Assembly (NCBI GenBank): GCA_013203145.1
Contig: JABMOV010000139.1
Coordinates: 9,898-73,897 of the forward strand
Length of the DNA: 64,000 nt
Direction of reading: 5' to 3'
DNA from: Fidelibacterota bacterium
GTDB taxonomy: Bacteria; Fidelibacterota; Marinisomatia; Marinisomatales; JABMOV01
Position numbers and translations under genes: made by a program
Shown: positions 37,411 through 46,788 of the stretch, one piece after another
Layout of the letters: every line of letters begins with the position of its first letter
Position numbering within the stretch: the stretch's first letter is position 1
Notes under the pieces: model-generated
The model's database searches: none
Told to the model about the DNA's origin: nothing
The model's input: the letters and a program-made list of their open reading frames with translations, nothing else

Positions 37411-38634
37411 TTATTCTCTAAATAAATCTTTTACATCTTCGATTTTTCCATCTGCCGCCGGATTAGGTTCAATTCCTAGAATTTCTGCAACAATAGGATA
37501 AACCTGTATGTTTTCCATTGAATCACGACGATAACCGTCTTTAAATGCTGGTCCATCGGCCAAAAAGATTGCCTGCATACTCTGCAATTGATTATCGTAA
37601 CCATGGGTAGCACCGGAAGTCATATACTCCATGTGTTTTGGATCGTCGATTCGTTTTTCGTCTAAAATGCTCCAACCCTCATCAGCAACCAATAAGATTT
37701 GTTTTATTCTATAATGATTTTTGAAGTGATATCGTTCTGGGATATCTTCTTTTAAATAGGCTGTGAGATGAGGTGCTTTATTTAATTTTCTAACAATCTT
37801 TTTTGCACGTTTGTGAGGGATATTATAAAGAAATGAAAAAGGGCCGTTTCGCTCTTGAGTCACACCATCAAGATTCACATAATCTGATAATGTAATAACT
37901 CGATCGGGTGAAAGATCTGCCATTCCATGATCGCTGACGACAACAATGTTCAAGTTATTGGCGATATCCAATTTCCCCATGGTGGATACAATGACACCAA
38001 GTAAGGAATCCAGAGATTCTACTATTGATTTGGTTTGTGGAGATGTAACACCATTTTGATGACTGGTTTCGTCCGGTTCATGAAAATAGAGCGCAACAAA
38101 ATGTGGACGTCGATCCTCAGGTAACGAAAACCAGGAAGCAACGGAATCAATCCGTGAATAAAAAGGCATGTGGTGATCATACCGTTTCCAGATGGACGGT
38201 TGAATCCCACTTATTGGAGCCTCTGATCCAACCCAAAACATGGATGCTGATTTCACGCCTTGTTTTTCTGCTGTTACCCAGATGGGTTCTCCACCATAAA
38301 AACGTGTGTCTTCAACTTTTGTGCGATCGCTGAGTTTATATGTATCGTCTAATATCGGATCATAAAAGAAATTATCAATGAGACCATGATTCTCAATGTA
38401 CATCCCAGTGGCAAGCGTGTAATGATTTGGAAATGTTTTAGTCACGTAAACTGGCTGCATTTTATCTGCGCTGACACCATTTTCGGCGAATGCATCCATA
38501 TTTGGGGTGTCATACCATTCCCGATAGTCGGCACGGAAACCATCGAATGAAATAAGTAAAACATATGGGCGATTCTCTTGCGAAAAACCAAGCGTCAGGA
38601 AGATGGTTAGTATAAATAGTTTTTTATTTTTCAT
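37411..38634 (-). CDS. Ectonucleotide pyrophosphatase/phosphodiesterase (NPP, alkaline-phosphatase superfamily), secreted
   Basis: 407 aa with a signal peptide, the nucleophile context TKTFPNHYTLATG, and the metal motif VVSDHGM. Confidence 0.85.
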   Translation of the reverse strand: MKNKKLFILTIFLTLGFSQENRPYVLLISFDGFRADYREWYDTPNMDAFAENGVSADKMQPVYVTKTFPNHYTLATGMYIENHGLIDNFFYDPILDDTYKLSDRTKVEDTRFYGGEPIWVTAEKQGVKSASMFWVGSEAPISGIQPSIWKRYDHHMPFYSRIDSVASWFSLPEDRRPHFVALYFHEPDETSHQNGVTSPQTKSIVESLDSLLGVIVSTMGKLDIANNLNIVVVSDHGMADLSPDRVITLSDYVNLDGVTQERNGPFSFLYNIPHKRAKKIVRKLNKAPHLTAYLKEDIPERYHFKNHYRIKQILLVADEGWSILDEKRIDDPKHMEYMTSGATHGYDNQLQSMQAIFLADGPAFKDGYRRDSMENIQVYPIVAEILGIEPNPAADGKIEDVKDLFRE

Positions 38635-38786
38635 TCTGTATCTTCTGTTTTTTTAGCCGAAAACTTAAAAAGAGACTGTTTTGTCATTGCGATCCCGATG
38701 TATTGGGAGAAGCAATCTACTGTTGGTTCAAAATGAGGTCACGTCGTTGTTTCGCTACATAATTATCTATCACGGAATTTTCCATA

Positions 38787-39809
38787 TTAATCAAAAGCAT
38801 GCGGAACAAACATAAGAATCGTGCGAGGATGCTTATCGGTAATTAGAATAAATCCCTTATCGTCCAATCGGACGATTCCTTCCCAATTACGTGATTTTTG
38901 CTTTGGTTGAGTTAAATATATCGGAGGAGTATCGGTTAAATAAAAATGATCCTCTTTATATTCAATTTCCACCAACCGTTCAAGATCAGAACCTTTTGTT
39001 ACTTTACCAAATGGATTTTGAAATACATCGTGTGCCGGTTTTAATTTGCGGTAATCGCCACTCCATAAATAATTAATGACCCAAAATTTCCCATTCTCAT
39101 CGGGTTGGGTTGCATCTGTTACGCGATACTCAATATTGGGAAACGGAATTTTATCTTCTACGATTAAGTCTGTTGAAATGCTGAGAACCCACGGGTCTCT
39201 ATAAACCTTTGCTCCATTAGCTTCATAAATCGGAATCAACTGGTTTTCATCAAGAATCAGGCTTTCGAACGCCATATTTCCAATTGTTTCGGGTGCGGAA
39301 AGGTGTAAAATATTCTCACTGTTTAACATTATGCCCGACGATAACGATGAAATATTACCAGAAACAAAATATCCTCCGATTGCCTTTTTTGTCTCATACT
39401 CGATACTAAGAAAGACCAATGAATCCTTAAAGACAAGCGCCTCGAAACCTTCATATCCAGGGAGAACCCGCGTAAAATCATCGCCACGGAAGGGTACCCT
39501 AACAGGTGTGATATTATTATTATCGGAATCTATCGCTGTCGTTAAATCATCCTTGGAAATTGCCAGTAAATAGCCAGTTGGATATTGTGGGAGTAAAATA
39601 AGATAATCACCATACCATGCTAATCCGGAATATTCGTTCTGAGCATCATCATAGGGTGATGGCAATTTTAGCTCAATCGTTTCACCGGGCGAAGCAATCA
39701 CGAGCGACAACAAATAAATACTGATATGAATAAATCGGGGAGTTTTCAATGATGATCCTGTAAATTTGCTTGGTGAGTTTAGGACGGACGGTGATAAAGG
39801 AAAACCCAA
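38787..39809 (-). CDS. Secreted hypothetical protein (possibly a phytase-like beta-propeller)
   Basis: 340-aa ORF with an internal hydrophobic leader (ISIYLLSLVIAS). The real start is probably downstream of the track start. The family call is weak. Confidence 0.35.
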   Translation of the reverse strand: MGFPLSPSVLNSPSKFTGSSLKTPRFIHISIYLLSLVIASPGETIELKLPSPYDDAQNEYSGLAWYGDYLILLPQYPTGYLLAISKDDLTTAIDSDNNNITPVRVPFRGDDFTRVLPGYEGFEALVFKDSLVFLSIEYETKKAIGGYFVSGNISSLSSGIMLNSENILHLSAPETIGNMAFESLILDENQLIPIYEANGAKVYRDPWVLSISTDLIVEDKIPFPNIEYRVTDATQPDENGKFWVINYLWSGDYRKLKPAHDVFQNPFGKVTKGSDLERLVEIEYKEDHFYLTDTPPIYLTQPKQKSRNWEGIVRLDDKGFILITDKHPRTILMFVPHAFD

Positions 39810-40432
39810 ATTTCATAAAATTGCGTAAGCAAATGGTGGAAGAACAACTTCGCCAACGATCTATAAGCGATGAGCGCGTATTGGAAGCAATGGGCGAAAT
39901 ACCTCGGCATGAATTTGTGAAAACTTGTGACCTTCCGGCTGCCTATTATGATGGACCATTGCCCATCGGATTTGGACAAACGATTAGTCAACCGTTTATT
40001 GTCGCGTATATGACAGCAGCATTACATATCAATTCGGCAAATTCAATCCTGGAGATTGGAACCGGATGTGGATATCAGACCGTAATTTTGTGCAAATTAG
40101 GAAAACAGATAACGTCCATAGAACGAATTCCAGAGTTGGCTGAGAATTCCCGAAGGACCATGAAAAGGCTTGGTTTTGAAAATGTTGATATTATTACTGC
40201 TGATGGATACAAAGGCTGGAAAGAAAACGCACCGTATGATCGCATTCTGGTTACAGCGTCACCGAGGCGAATTCCAAAAGCCTTAACAGATCAATTAGCG
40301 AACAATGGGCGAATGGTGGTTCCGGTTGGAGCGACGGTTTTCACCCAACATTTGTGGATAATTACAAAAGATGAAGACGGTATCATCAACAAAACAAAAT
40401 CATTAGGAGTACGATTTGTACCAATGGTCTAA
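39770..40432 (+). CDS. pcm: Protein-L-isoaspartate O-methyltransferase
   Basis: Carries the SAM motif LEIGTGCGYQT, QTISQPFIVA and a C-terminal VRFVPM. The start is likely the Met at 39833 (MVEEQL). Confidence 0.9.
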   Translation: MVSLGRTVIKENPNFIKLRKQMVEEQLRQRSISDERVLEAMGEIPRHEFVKTCDLPAAYYDGPLPIGFGQTISQPFIVAYMTAALHINSANSILEIGTGCGYQTVILCKLGKQITSIERIPELAENSRRTMKRLGFENVDIITADGYKGWKENAPYDRILVTASPRRIPKALTDQLANNGRMVVPVGATVFTQHLWIITKDEDGIINKTKSLGVRFVPMV

Positions 40433-40907
40433 AGTCACCTTTATAGGAATAGTAACGTTAATCATTATTGGTGGCTGTAGTGAAAAACCGAAGTTGGTAG
40501 AAGCAACAGCAACTGAGATATTGGACGTTGTTTCTACGCATGCAGGCAAGGATGCCGTTATAGTTAATTTTTGGGCAACATGGTGTGAACCATGTGTAGA
40601 AGAATTTCCAATGATTGTTGAGTTGGGCAATGAATATGAGAATCTGCAAATCTATTTTGTGAGTGTAGACTTTCAAGATGAAGCATCTGCTGTAGTATCT
40701 TTTTTGAAAGAATATCAGGTCAGTGGAATCAGTTTTTTAAAGAATCAAAAAGACATGCCATTTATTAATGGTATTCAAAAGCAATGGACTGGAGCGGTAC
40801 CATTCACGATGGTATTTCATCAGTCAGATGGAAAAATTGTGGATTTTTGGGAAGGGAAAATGCCCAAAGAAAAATTTGAACAAGCAATCACAAGAGCATT
40901 TAAATAA
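40416..40907 (+). CDS. TlpA-like thiol-disulfide oxidoreductase (thioredoxin fold)
   Basis: 163 aa with a membrane anchor and the active site FWATWCEPC. Confidence 0.8.
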   Translation: MYQWSKVTFIGIVTLIIIGGCSEKPKLVEATATEILDVVSTHAGKDAVIVNFWATWCEPCVEEFPMIVELGNEYENLQIYFVSVDFQDEASAVVSFLKEYQVSGISFLKNQKDMPFINGIQKQWTGAVPFTMVFHQSDGKIVDFWEGKMPKEKFEQAITRAFK

Positions 40908-40917
40908 AGGAGAACAC

Positions 40918-41502
40918 ATGAAATTATTTTTATCGACCATTCTTATATTTTCGTTTCTTATTGGCGGAGAACTTGAGCTGGGATCAGAAATCCCTTTGGC
41001 AGACATAAAGATGCTGGATATTTCTGGTCAAGAATTGAGTCTGAATGATATCAAAGGTGAGAATGGATTGCTGGTGATTTTTTCATGCAATACCTGTCCC
41101 TGGGTCATCCGTTGGCAGGATCGTTATGTGGAGATAACCAATGAATACAAGGATCAAGGTGTTGGGATTGTTGCCATCAACTCGAATGAGGGCTATCGCG
41201 CAAAAGATGATAGTTTTGAAGCCATGAAAGAACATGCCCTAAACAACGGATACAATTTTTATTATACCGTCGACAAAGAATCAAAACTCGCACTTGAATT
41301 TGGTGCAACCAGAACGCCCCACGTATTTCTATTTAACGGGGAGGAGAAACTGGTTTTCCGTGGAGCCATTGATGATGATGCTAAAAACGCTGATAACGTG
41401 GAAGATCATTATCTAAAAGACGCTTTAAATGCCATGCTAGCTGGCGATGAAATAAAGTTGGCGAGTACCAAAGCGCTGGGGTGCTCGATAAAATTTGAAT
41501 AG
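40918..41502 (+). CDS. Redoxin/thioredoxin-like protein (CxxC = CNTC)
   Basis: The track ORF (40768-41502) overlaps the previous gene. The in-frame ATG at 40918 follows a AAAGGAGA RBS and yields the signal peptide MKLFLSTILIFSFLIGG. The active site is FSCNTCPW. Confidence 0.7.
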   Translation: MKLFLSTILIFSFLIGGELELGSEIPLADIKMLDISGQELSLNDIKGENGLLVIFSCNTCPWVIRWQDRYVEITNEYKDQGVGIVAINSNEGYRAKDDSFEAMKEHALNNGYNFYYTVDKESKLALEFGATRTPHVFLFNGEEKLVFRGAIDDDAKNADNVEDHYLKDALNAMLAGDEIKLASTKALGCSIKFE

Positions 41503-41570
41503 AAATGTCGGGAGAGTCAGTATTGTCCGTAATTCTCATTTGTCTTCGGGAATGAATATCCTCCTCAATA

Positions 41571-41600
41571 GGTTGGGGCGATTCATGAATCGCCCGTACG
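41571..41600. repeat. REP-like palindrome copy 2 (intergenic, inverted relative to copy 1)
   Basis: ggttgGGGCGATTCATGAATCGCCCgtacg equals the reverse complement of 37148-37177, 30/30 nt. Confidence 0.85.
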
Positions 41601-41637
41601 TAAATATGAATTATATTTCATAATAAAATGCAATGCG

Positions 41638-41660
41638 GAGACGTATCAGCGATACGTCTC
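41638..41660. terminator. Perfect 10-bp hairpin between convergent genes (bidirectional terminator or second REP type)
   Basis: GAGACGTATC-AGC-GATACGTCTC. T-rich on the + side only after 5 nt (tacctatttt). Confidence 0.45.
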
Positions 41661-41663
41661 TAC

Positions 41664-42515
41664 CTATTTTCGTAAAGAAGCTTTTGAAAATAAATGCTCC
41701 GGGATATCCACATCAAAAGAGATTTCATCAATAATGAATTCTGTTCCTTCGCCCTTTGACAAAGCATCCTTAAATATCATTCTTTTTGGATACCAACGCC
41801 CTTCAATCTGAAATACTTCTTCGATGGATGTTGTTTTCAAAAGTTTACCACTTTTTGCATTTCGATCTTCCCGTAGTGGAATCATTCGTTCTTTATCAAC
41901 CCAGGTTTTTCTTGAATGATAGGCTACATCATCCTTCTTTGCAGTGAGTTGAACAACCCAACAATCGCGATCTCCAATCGACTCTGATCCCAGAACTTCC
42001 GCTTGGTACGTATCCAACAAACTTTGATCTTCCATCATATCCTCATAGGATAAATCAGATCCCATCATGGATTGCCTTAGCATATGTCCGGCAATGCGAA
42101 TCACTCGATCTGATTGCGGGGAATACATCCAAAGCTGATCATCAATCTTGAGCATTTTGGTGCCTTTTTCACGAGCCGGTGCAAGATATTCTGTGAAGGA
42201 TTGGTTCTCTCCCTGTATCCACGATTTTGCAGTAATGGAACGGCTGGTTCTGCGACCATGGATTGTCATGGTAGACGTCGCTGAACGGTTTCCGGCAATC
42301 GTATTGGCATCGATGGCCCTGAGGATTTCTTCGCCGGTTGGTGTTTGAGTATACCCAATAGATGTGGAGAATATGATTGCAGCCACAATTGACCACAAGA
42401 AATGAAAGAATGTCTTTTCGAGATTGCTTTGCCCGGTTGGAATCGTAATCTGTTGGGGCGATTCATGAATAGCCTGCACTTGAATAAATAAATATGGATT
42501 TAAATTTTTCATCAT
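41664..42515 (-). CDS. LolA-like outer-membrane lipoprotein-sorting protein family
   Basis: 283 aa. The body (TMTIHGRRTSRS...KMLKIDDQLWMYSP...RWYPKRMIF) fits the LolA-like domain found with FtsX/ABC exporters. The first ~36 codons contain the REP-like sequence and precede the signal-like helix, so the true start is uncertain. Confidence 0.65.
   Translation of the reverse strand: MMKNLNPYLFIQVQAIHESPQQITIPTGQSNLEKTFFHFLWSIVAAIIFSTSIGYTQTPTGEEILRAIDANTIAGNRSATSTMTIHGRRTSRSITAKSWIQGENQSFTEYLAPAREKGTKMLKIDDQLWMYSPQSDRVIRIAGHMLRQSMMGSDLSYEDMMEDQSLLDTYQAEVLGSESIGDRDCWVVQLTAKKDDVAYHSRKTWVDKERMIPLREDRNAKSGKLLKTTSIEEVFQIEGRWYPKRMIFKDALSKGEGTEFIIDEISFDVDIPEHLFSKASLRK
42452..42478. repeat. REP-like palindrome copy 3 (degenerate, inside the 5' end of the LolA-like ORF)
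   Basis: GTTGGGGCGATTCATGAATagcctgcac. Its first 19 nt are identical to copy 2 and the distal arm is decayed. On the coding strand it encodes VQAIHESPQQ. Confidence 0.7.
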
Positions 42516-43786
42516 ACTTCCAATTCTTTAAATAGTTGTGCGGTTTGACGCTTATAGATGCCGACACCGGAAAGCATTGTGCCAAGAACGGTGGAAAACA
42601 ATCCCGGGTAGAAACCGATGTAATACGTCTCTTCTGTGATGGCTGCCCGAAATATATTTGGCATCATCATATTGCTGCTTTTCATGAAAGCGCTGATATC
42701 GAGACCTTTTACTTGTAGCCAATAGGCACAACCAAGGCCTAAACCGGTTCCGATTACTGAACCCACGAGCCCAATAAATACTGATTCATAAATCAGGGAT
42801 CGGTAGATATGACCTTTTGGTTCGCCGATAGCCAGGCGGATACCTACTTCACCGTAACGTCGCAAACCTCCTAACAGTCCAGCATTCCAGAGTACGATTG
42901 ACATAATAACGACAAAGATTAATACCATAATACCCGTGACGCTGCCAGCATAATTCAGGTAGTCGCCAAGGCTGCTCAATTCAACCAACTTACCCATAAC
43001 TGGGGCAAATTCATCATCCACATCATCATATTGCAGATTAAAACGTTCAACAATCTCCTTAGCAGTATTATCATCATAAATACGGTTGGGAAGATATCCG
43101 AGGATTCCGCCTGCAGCGTCTTCCATGTTAAGAGCTAATTGAACGTCATTCACATCGACAATAATGGCTCCGCGATCCATAGCCATAATTCCAAATTTTA
43201 TTGTACCAACTACTGTGAAATTGTGCATGGTCATGGATCCGTACATCGTTGAACTCAACAATGTGGCGGCATCTCCAAGGTTAACGTCTAGTTTTTCTGC
43301 CAGCAGGTCGCTGATCAGAATTTCGCCAGGTTTTTCAGGCATTCGTCCTCGAACTACAGATTTTGCAACATTCATAGTATGGATTTCTGTACTACCAGGT
43401 GATAATAAATCAATCCCTAGTCCCATTACAGGTGCCTGAGACCGCGTTTCACCTTCAGAATTCGGAATATCAAGTAATCCTCCAAAACTAATCCGCTTAA
43501 CCCAGGTCATTTCTGGATATTCAGACTGCATATCTGCCATTATCTGTTCGACACCCATCAAGGCCAAATCGTTGGGAATCTGATCTTTATTTTCAGCAAA
43601 AGCGCGCGACATTATTTTTACATGTCCGGTAGAAAATCTGGCGGTAGTGTCAACCATATCGCCTAGCACACCCGTCAAATACGCCTGCATAAAAACGGTT
43701 ATCCAAACACCAATGGAAACGATAATTATGGGAAAAAGACTACGGTGGTGATCCCGAAGCAGACCATTTATTATAAACCTAATCAT
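42512..43786 (-). CDS. ABC transporter permease, FtsX/MacB-like
   Basis: 424 aa with an N-terminal TM, a large periplasmic domain and 3 C-terminal TMs. It overlaps both neighbours by 4 nt. Confidence 0.85.
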   Translation of the reverse strand: MIRFIINGLLRDHHRSLFPIIIVSIGVWITVFMQAYLTGVLGDMVDTTARFSTGHVKIMSRAFAENKDQIPNDLALMGVEQIMADMQSEYPEMTWVKRISFGGLLDIPNSEGETRSQAPVMGLGIDLLSPGSTEIHTMNVAKSVVRGRMPEKPGEILISDLLAEKLDVNLGDAATLLSSTMYGSMTMHNFTVVGTIKFGIMAMDRGAIIVDVNDVQLALNMEDAAGGILGYLPNRIYDDNTAKEIVERFNLQYDDVDDEFAPVMGKLVELSSLGDYLNYAGSVTGIMVLIFVVIMSIVLWNAGLLGGLRRYGEVGIRLAIGEPKGHIYRSLIYESVFIGLVGSVIGTGLGLGCAYWLQVKGLDISAFMKSSNMMMPNIFRAAITEETYYIGFYPGLFSTVLGTMLSGVGIYKRQTAQLFKELEV

Positions 43787-44955
43787 TGGATTTTCCCCCT
43801 AATAGCATCGGTGGGTTTCATTTTAGATATTCTTCGGGAAGGAATATAACTGACAATAGTTGTAGTAATAAGAACCAGCAGTGTTGTGCCAACAACTAAA
43901 CCAACAGAGTATGCTGGGTAAATTATCTCAGCAATTGTCATTCCAAAATCATCAGTTCCACTGGGCATTTTCCAGCCATTAACAGCTTGTATGTAGAGGA
44001 GCGGCGCACCATAGACGGCTGCTAAGATTGCCGCCAGGATTGAGTGCATAGCTCCTTCAATAGTGAACAATGCGACAACCTGCCGTTGGGTCATGCCAAG
44101 GGCGATGTGAGTGCCAATTTCTTTCTGACGGCGGAAGATTGATAGTACCTGTGTGTCGAAAATGGCAAGCATGGACAGCGACATGAGAATGATAAACATA
44201 ATTGAACCGCCGACAGACTTCATTTCAATCATTTCACGGATTTCAGTTAAAAGGAAATAATGATCTTTGAATTCATAACCATTGATTGATCCAATTGAAC
44301 CACTTTCCTGACTGGTTACAAGGATTGTAGCTTCATTTTCCATTTGCATCATATCCTGCAACCTATCAATTGGAATCCACACCACACCATTGTCAAGAGT
44401 TGAAACATTTGTTTTGAAAATGTGAACGATCTGAATCTCTTTGGCATCGAAAGTACCATTGATATCCCGCCAGCGAACAGTGACGAAATCACCAATATTC
44501 AATTTATAGTTTCTGGCTGACCGATGCCCGATCATGGCCGGAATCTCTTCCATGTCGCTTTCCAAATTAACCGTGGGCATCAACAACAACTTTTGTTCTG
44601 GATCAATACCGCGGAGTGACACAGTCTGGATTCGTCCCTCAGGGTAAATGGTGGCCTGTGAAATTAGAATCGGGGTCAAGTCACCCTGTGTTATCGCATT
44701 TTGGGTGGCATCGGATATTTTTCCATGACTTTCTTCAATCGTAAACGCATCATAAGGATCATAGTTTTCATGCCAATACTGTCCACCACCAATTTCCCAT
44801 TCAATCGTATCACGGCGGGCTTCTTGATCCCAGCCATTCAGGATACCTTTATTCCATATAATAACCAGAAAAGCAAAAGACAATACAATCATATTCAACC
44901 AGGTTCGCAACTTGGCTCCCATGAGATTTCGATAAGCTAATTTTAATGCTAACAT
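43783..44955 (-). CDS. ABC transporter permease, FtsX/MacB-like
   Basis: 390 aa with the same architecture. It ends in MKPTDAIRGK, typical of FtsX-domain permeases. Confidence 0.85.
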   Translation of the reverse strand: MLALKLAYRNLMGAKLRTWLNMIVLSFAFLVIIWNKGILNGWDQEARRDTIEWEIGGGQYWHENYDPYDAFTIEESHGKISDATQNAITQGDLTPILISQATIYPEGRIQTVSLRGIDPEQKLLLMPTVNLESDMEEIPAMIGHRSARNYKLNIGDFVTVRWRDINGTFDAKEIQIVHIFKTNVSTLDNGVVWIPIDRLQDMMQMENEATILVTSQESGSIGSINGYEFKDHYFLLTEIREMIEMKSVGGSIMFIILMSLSMLAIFDTQVLSIFRRQKEIGTHIALGMTQRQVVALFTIEGAMHSILAAILAAVYGAPLLYIQAVNGWKMPSGTDDFGMTIAEIIYPAYSVGLVVGTTLLVLITTTIVSYIPSRRISKMKPTDAIRGKIQ

Positions 44956-44967
44956 ATCTGCCTCCGA

Positions 44968-45669
44968 TCAATGGCTGGAAGTTGATTCGTCGCTTACCAC
45001 CCGGCCGTCATCCAAACTAATTTTGCGTTGTAAGTACTGGATAACTTTTTCATCATGGGTGGCAAAAAGGAAAGTGGTTTTCAATTCTGAATTCAGCTTC
45101 TCCATTGTTTTGAGAATATTATGAGAATTTTTTGCATCCAGATTGGCGGTTGGTTCGTCAGCGAGCACGAGCTTTGGTTGCTTCACCATCGCGCGGGCTA
45201 TTGATACACGCTGGCATTCACCCCCGGACAATTGAGCCGGACGCGATTTTATCTTGTCCAGCAAACCGACCCATTCCAACGATTGTAAAACAGCCTTTTT
45301 CCGCTCATTTGCTGACATTTTTAGCAGCAATAATGGCAACTCTACATTTTCATAGACTGTGTAAACAGGCAATAAATTGTATGTTTGGAAAATAAATCCC
45401 AGGTGATGGTTGCGCAAAGCGGCAGCTTTTTTAATTGTCAAACCACTAATGGATTGTCCCAACACGTGTGCATCACCTTCGGTAGGAATATCTAGTGAGC
45501 CAATGATGTTCAAAAGGGTGGTTTTCCCAGAACCGCTGGGTCCGACCAATCCACAAAATTCACCTTCATTTATGGTGAGATTGATTTTGTTTAATGCAGT
45601 AAACCAACCTTTACCGACAGGAAACTTTTTTATCAAATTATCAGTGGTAATGAGCGCGTGATTATTCAT
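44968..45669 (-). CDS. ABC transporter ATP-binding protein (LolD/MacB-type)
   Basis: Walker A GPSGSGKTT, signature LSGGECQRVSIARA, Walker B LVLADEPT. Confidence 0.95.
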   Translation of the reverse strand: MNNHALITTDNLIKKFPVGKGWFTALNKINLTINEGEFCGLVGPSGSGKTTLLNIIGSLDIPTEGDAHVLGQSISGLTIKKAAALRNHHLGFIFQTYNLLPVYTVYENVELPLLLLKMSANERKKAVLQSLEWVGLLDKIKSRPAQLSGGECQRVSIARAMVKQPKLVLADEPTANLDAKNSHNILKTMEKLNSELKTTFLFATHDEKVIQYLQRKISLDDGRVVSDESTSSH

Positions 45670-45678
45670 AATAAATCC

Positions 45679-46788
45679 TTAATGATTAAAGGTGAGCATG
45701 AATCGTATTCCAGATGAACCGGGTAAAGTTTGTGTGCCTAAAAATGTTGAATCGAATGAAACCTCAGTGGCTTTATATGCGCTAAACAGAATGATAACGT
45801 TATCCAACGTGCGCTGCCAGCTAAGATATACGATGGCTAAATCAGACTTAGGATGGTATGTAATAAAGCTTGAGATATTATCTAACCAAGAAACGGGGTA
45901 AGAAAACATGATGGCGCAAATATTATCAGACCGCACATCATCCTTCATTTGAGTTATCATCGACATCCATTCACCCGTTAGGTAAAGTCCGCTGCCAATT
46001 CCAAATGTATAATCAATTCCCAATGTGTTTAAGACCATGGATTCCGGTTGAAGGGGTGAATTCAATATAACTGAACTTGAGTTTTCAAACCACATTCCTA
46101 TACCATATTCAGCGTATCCGTCTATTCCAAGGCGGAGTTCTACTGGGATTGAGTCATCATTGGTACTATTCAAAGGTCGCAAATGCGATGTAACACCAAG
46201 ATCAATCATTCCAGTTGGATATTCAATTCGTCCACCAATCTCAGGCAGATCAGGATCGGATTTAAATATTTCTTTCCCTTTTAGGTCATCGTTTCCCATA
46301 AGAACCCAACCCCACAGGGAATGATTATTCGAAGAAGCATATTTACCTTTGATGCCCCAGACTCCCGTAGTTTGATTTGTAGGATCTCGGGGATCAAGTT
46401 GATCAAACCATTGCAGGGATCGTAAAATTTTCCCTGGACCAAAATTTATTTTCTGGAGCCCGGCTTTCCATTCCCAATAGGTTGTGGTGTATCTGACCCA
46501 AGCTCGGTACGGGCGTAAGAAGTCAGGAGCATTCGTGGAATTTGTAAAGGTCAAATTAGGAGAAAGATTCAGATTTATATCGTTTTGGAACCAATCCAGT
46601 TCTGGAATATATCGGAGGGTATTTGTCGTAGAAAAACTGGACATTGACAAGTTAGCCACAGCCTGACCACGGAAATCTAATTGAGAGAAGAGTTTGGAGT
46701 TGGGCGCTAGGAGCAGAATAAGGGAGGGGTTTACTAAAGCCTTTATAAAAAATCTTTTTGTCTTTGCGGTGAAGAAGGTGGACATCAT
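45679..46788 (-). CDS. Putative outer-membrane beta-barrel protein
   Basis: 369 aa with a signal-like N-terminus and alternating beta pattern throughout. It is the second gene of the TetR-led operon. No family was recognised. Confidence 0.4.
   Translation of the reverse strand: MMSTFFTAKTKRFFIKALVNPSLILLLAPNSKLFSQLDFRGQAVANLSMSSFSTTNTLRYIPELDWFQNDINLNLSPNLTFTNSTNAPDFLRPYRAWVRYTTTYWEWKAGLQKINFGPGKILRSLQWFDQLDPRDPTNQTTGVWGIKGKYASSNNHSLWGWVLMGNDDLKGKEIFKSDPDLPEIGGRIEYPTGMIDLGVTSHLRPLNSTNDDSIPVELRLGIDGYAEYGIGMWFENSSSVILNSPLQPESMVLNTLGIDYTFGIGSGLYLTGEWMSMITQMKDDVRSDNICAIMFSYPVSWLDNISSFITYHPKSDLAIVYLSWQRTLDNVIILFSAYKATEVSFDSTFLGTQTLPGSSGIRFMLTFNH

Noticed and set aside
38686-38716. Hairpin ATTGC-GA-TCCC...GGGA-GAA-GCAAT between two minus-strand genes
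   Set aside because: It is not followed by a U-tract on the transcribed strand, so it is not called a terminator. It is a single copy in the window, so it is not called a REP either.
39770-39809. 40-nt head-to-head overlap between the pcm ORF and the 340-aa minus-strand ORF
   Set aside because: Both track ORFs use the most upstream start. Internal starts (pcm Met at about 39833, and a later start before the hydrophobic leader of the 340-aa protein) remove the overlap, so no unusual antisense coding is claimed.
40768-40917. 5' extension of the 244-aa ORF that overlaps the TlpA-like gene by 140 nt
   Set aside because: An in-frame ATG at 40918, preceded by AAAGGAGA, gives a clean signal peptide. 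The extension is better explained as read-through of an open frame.
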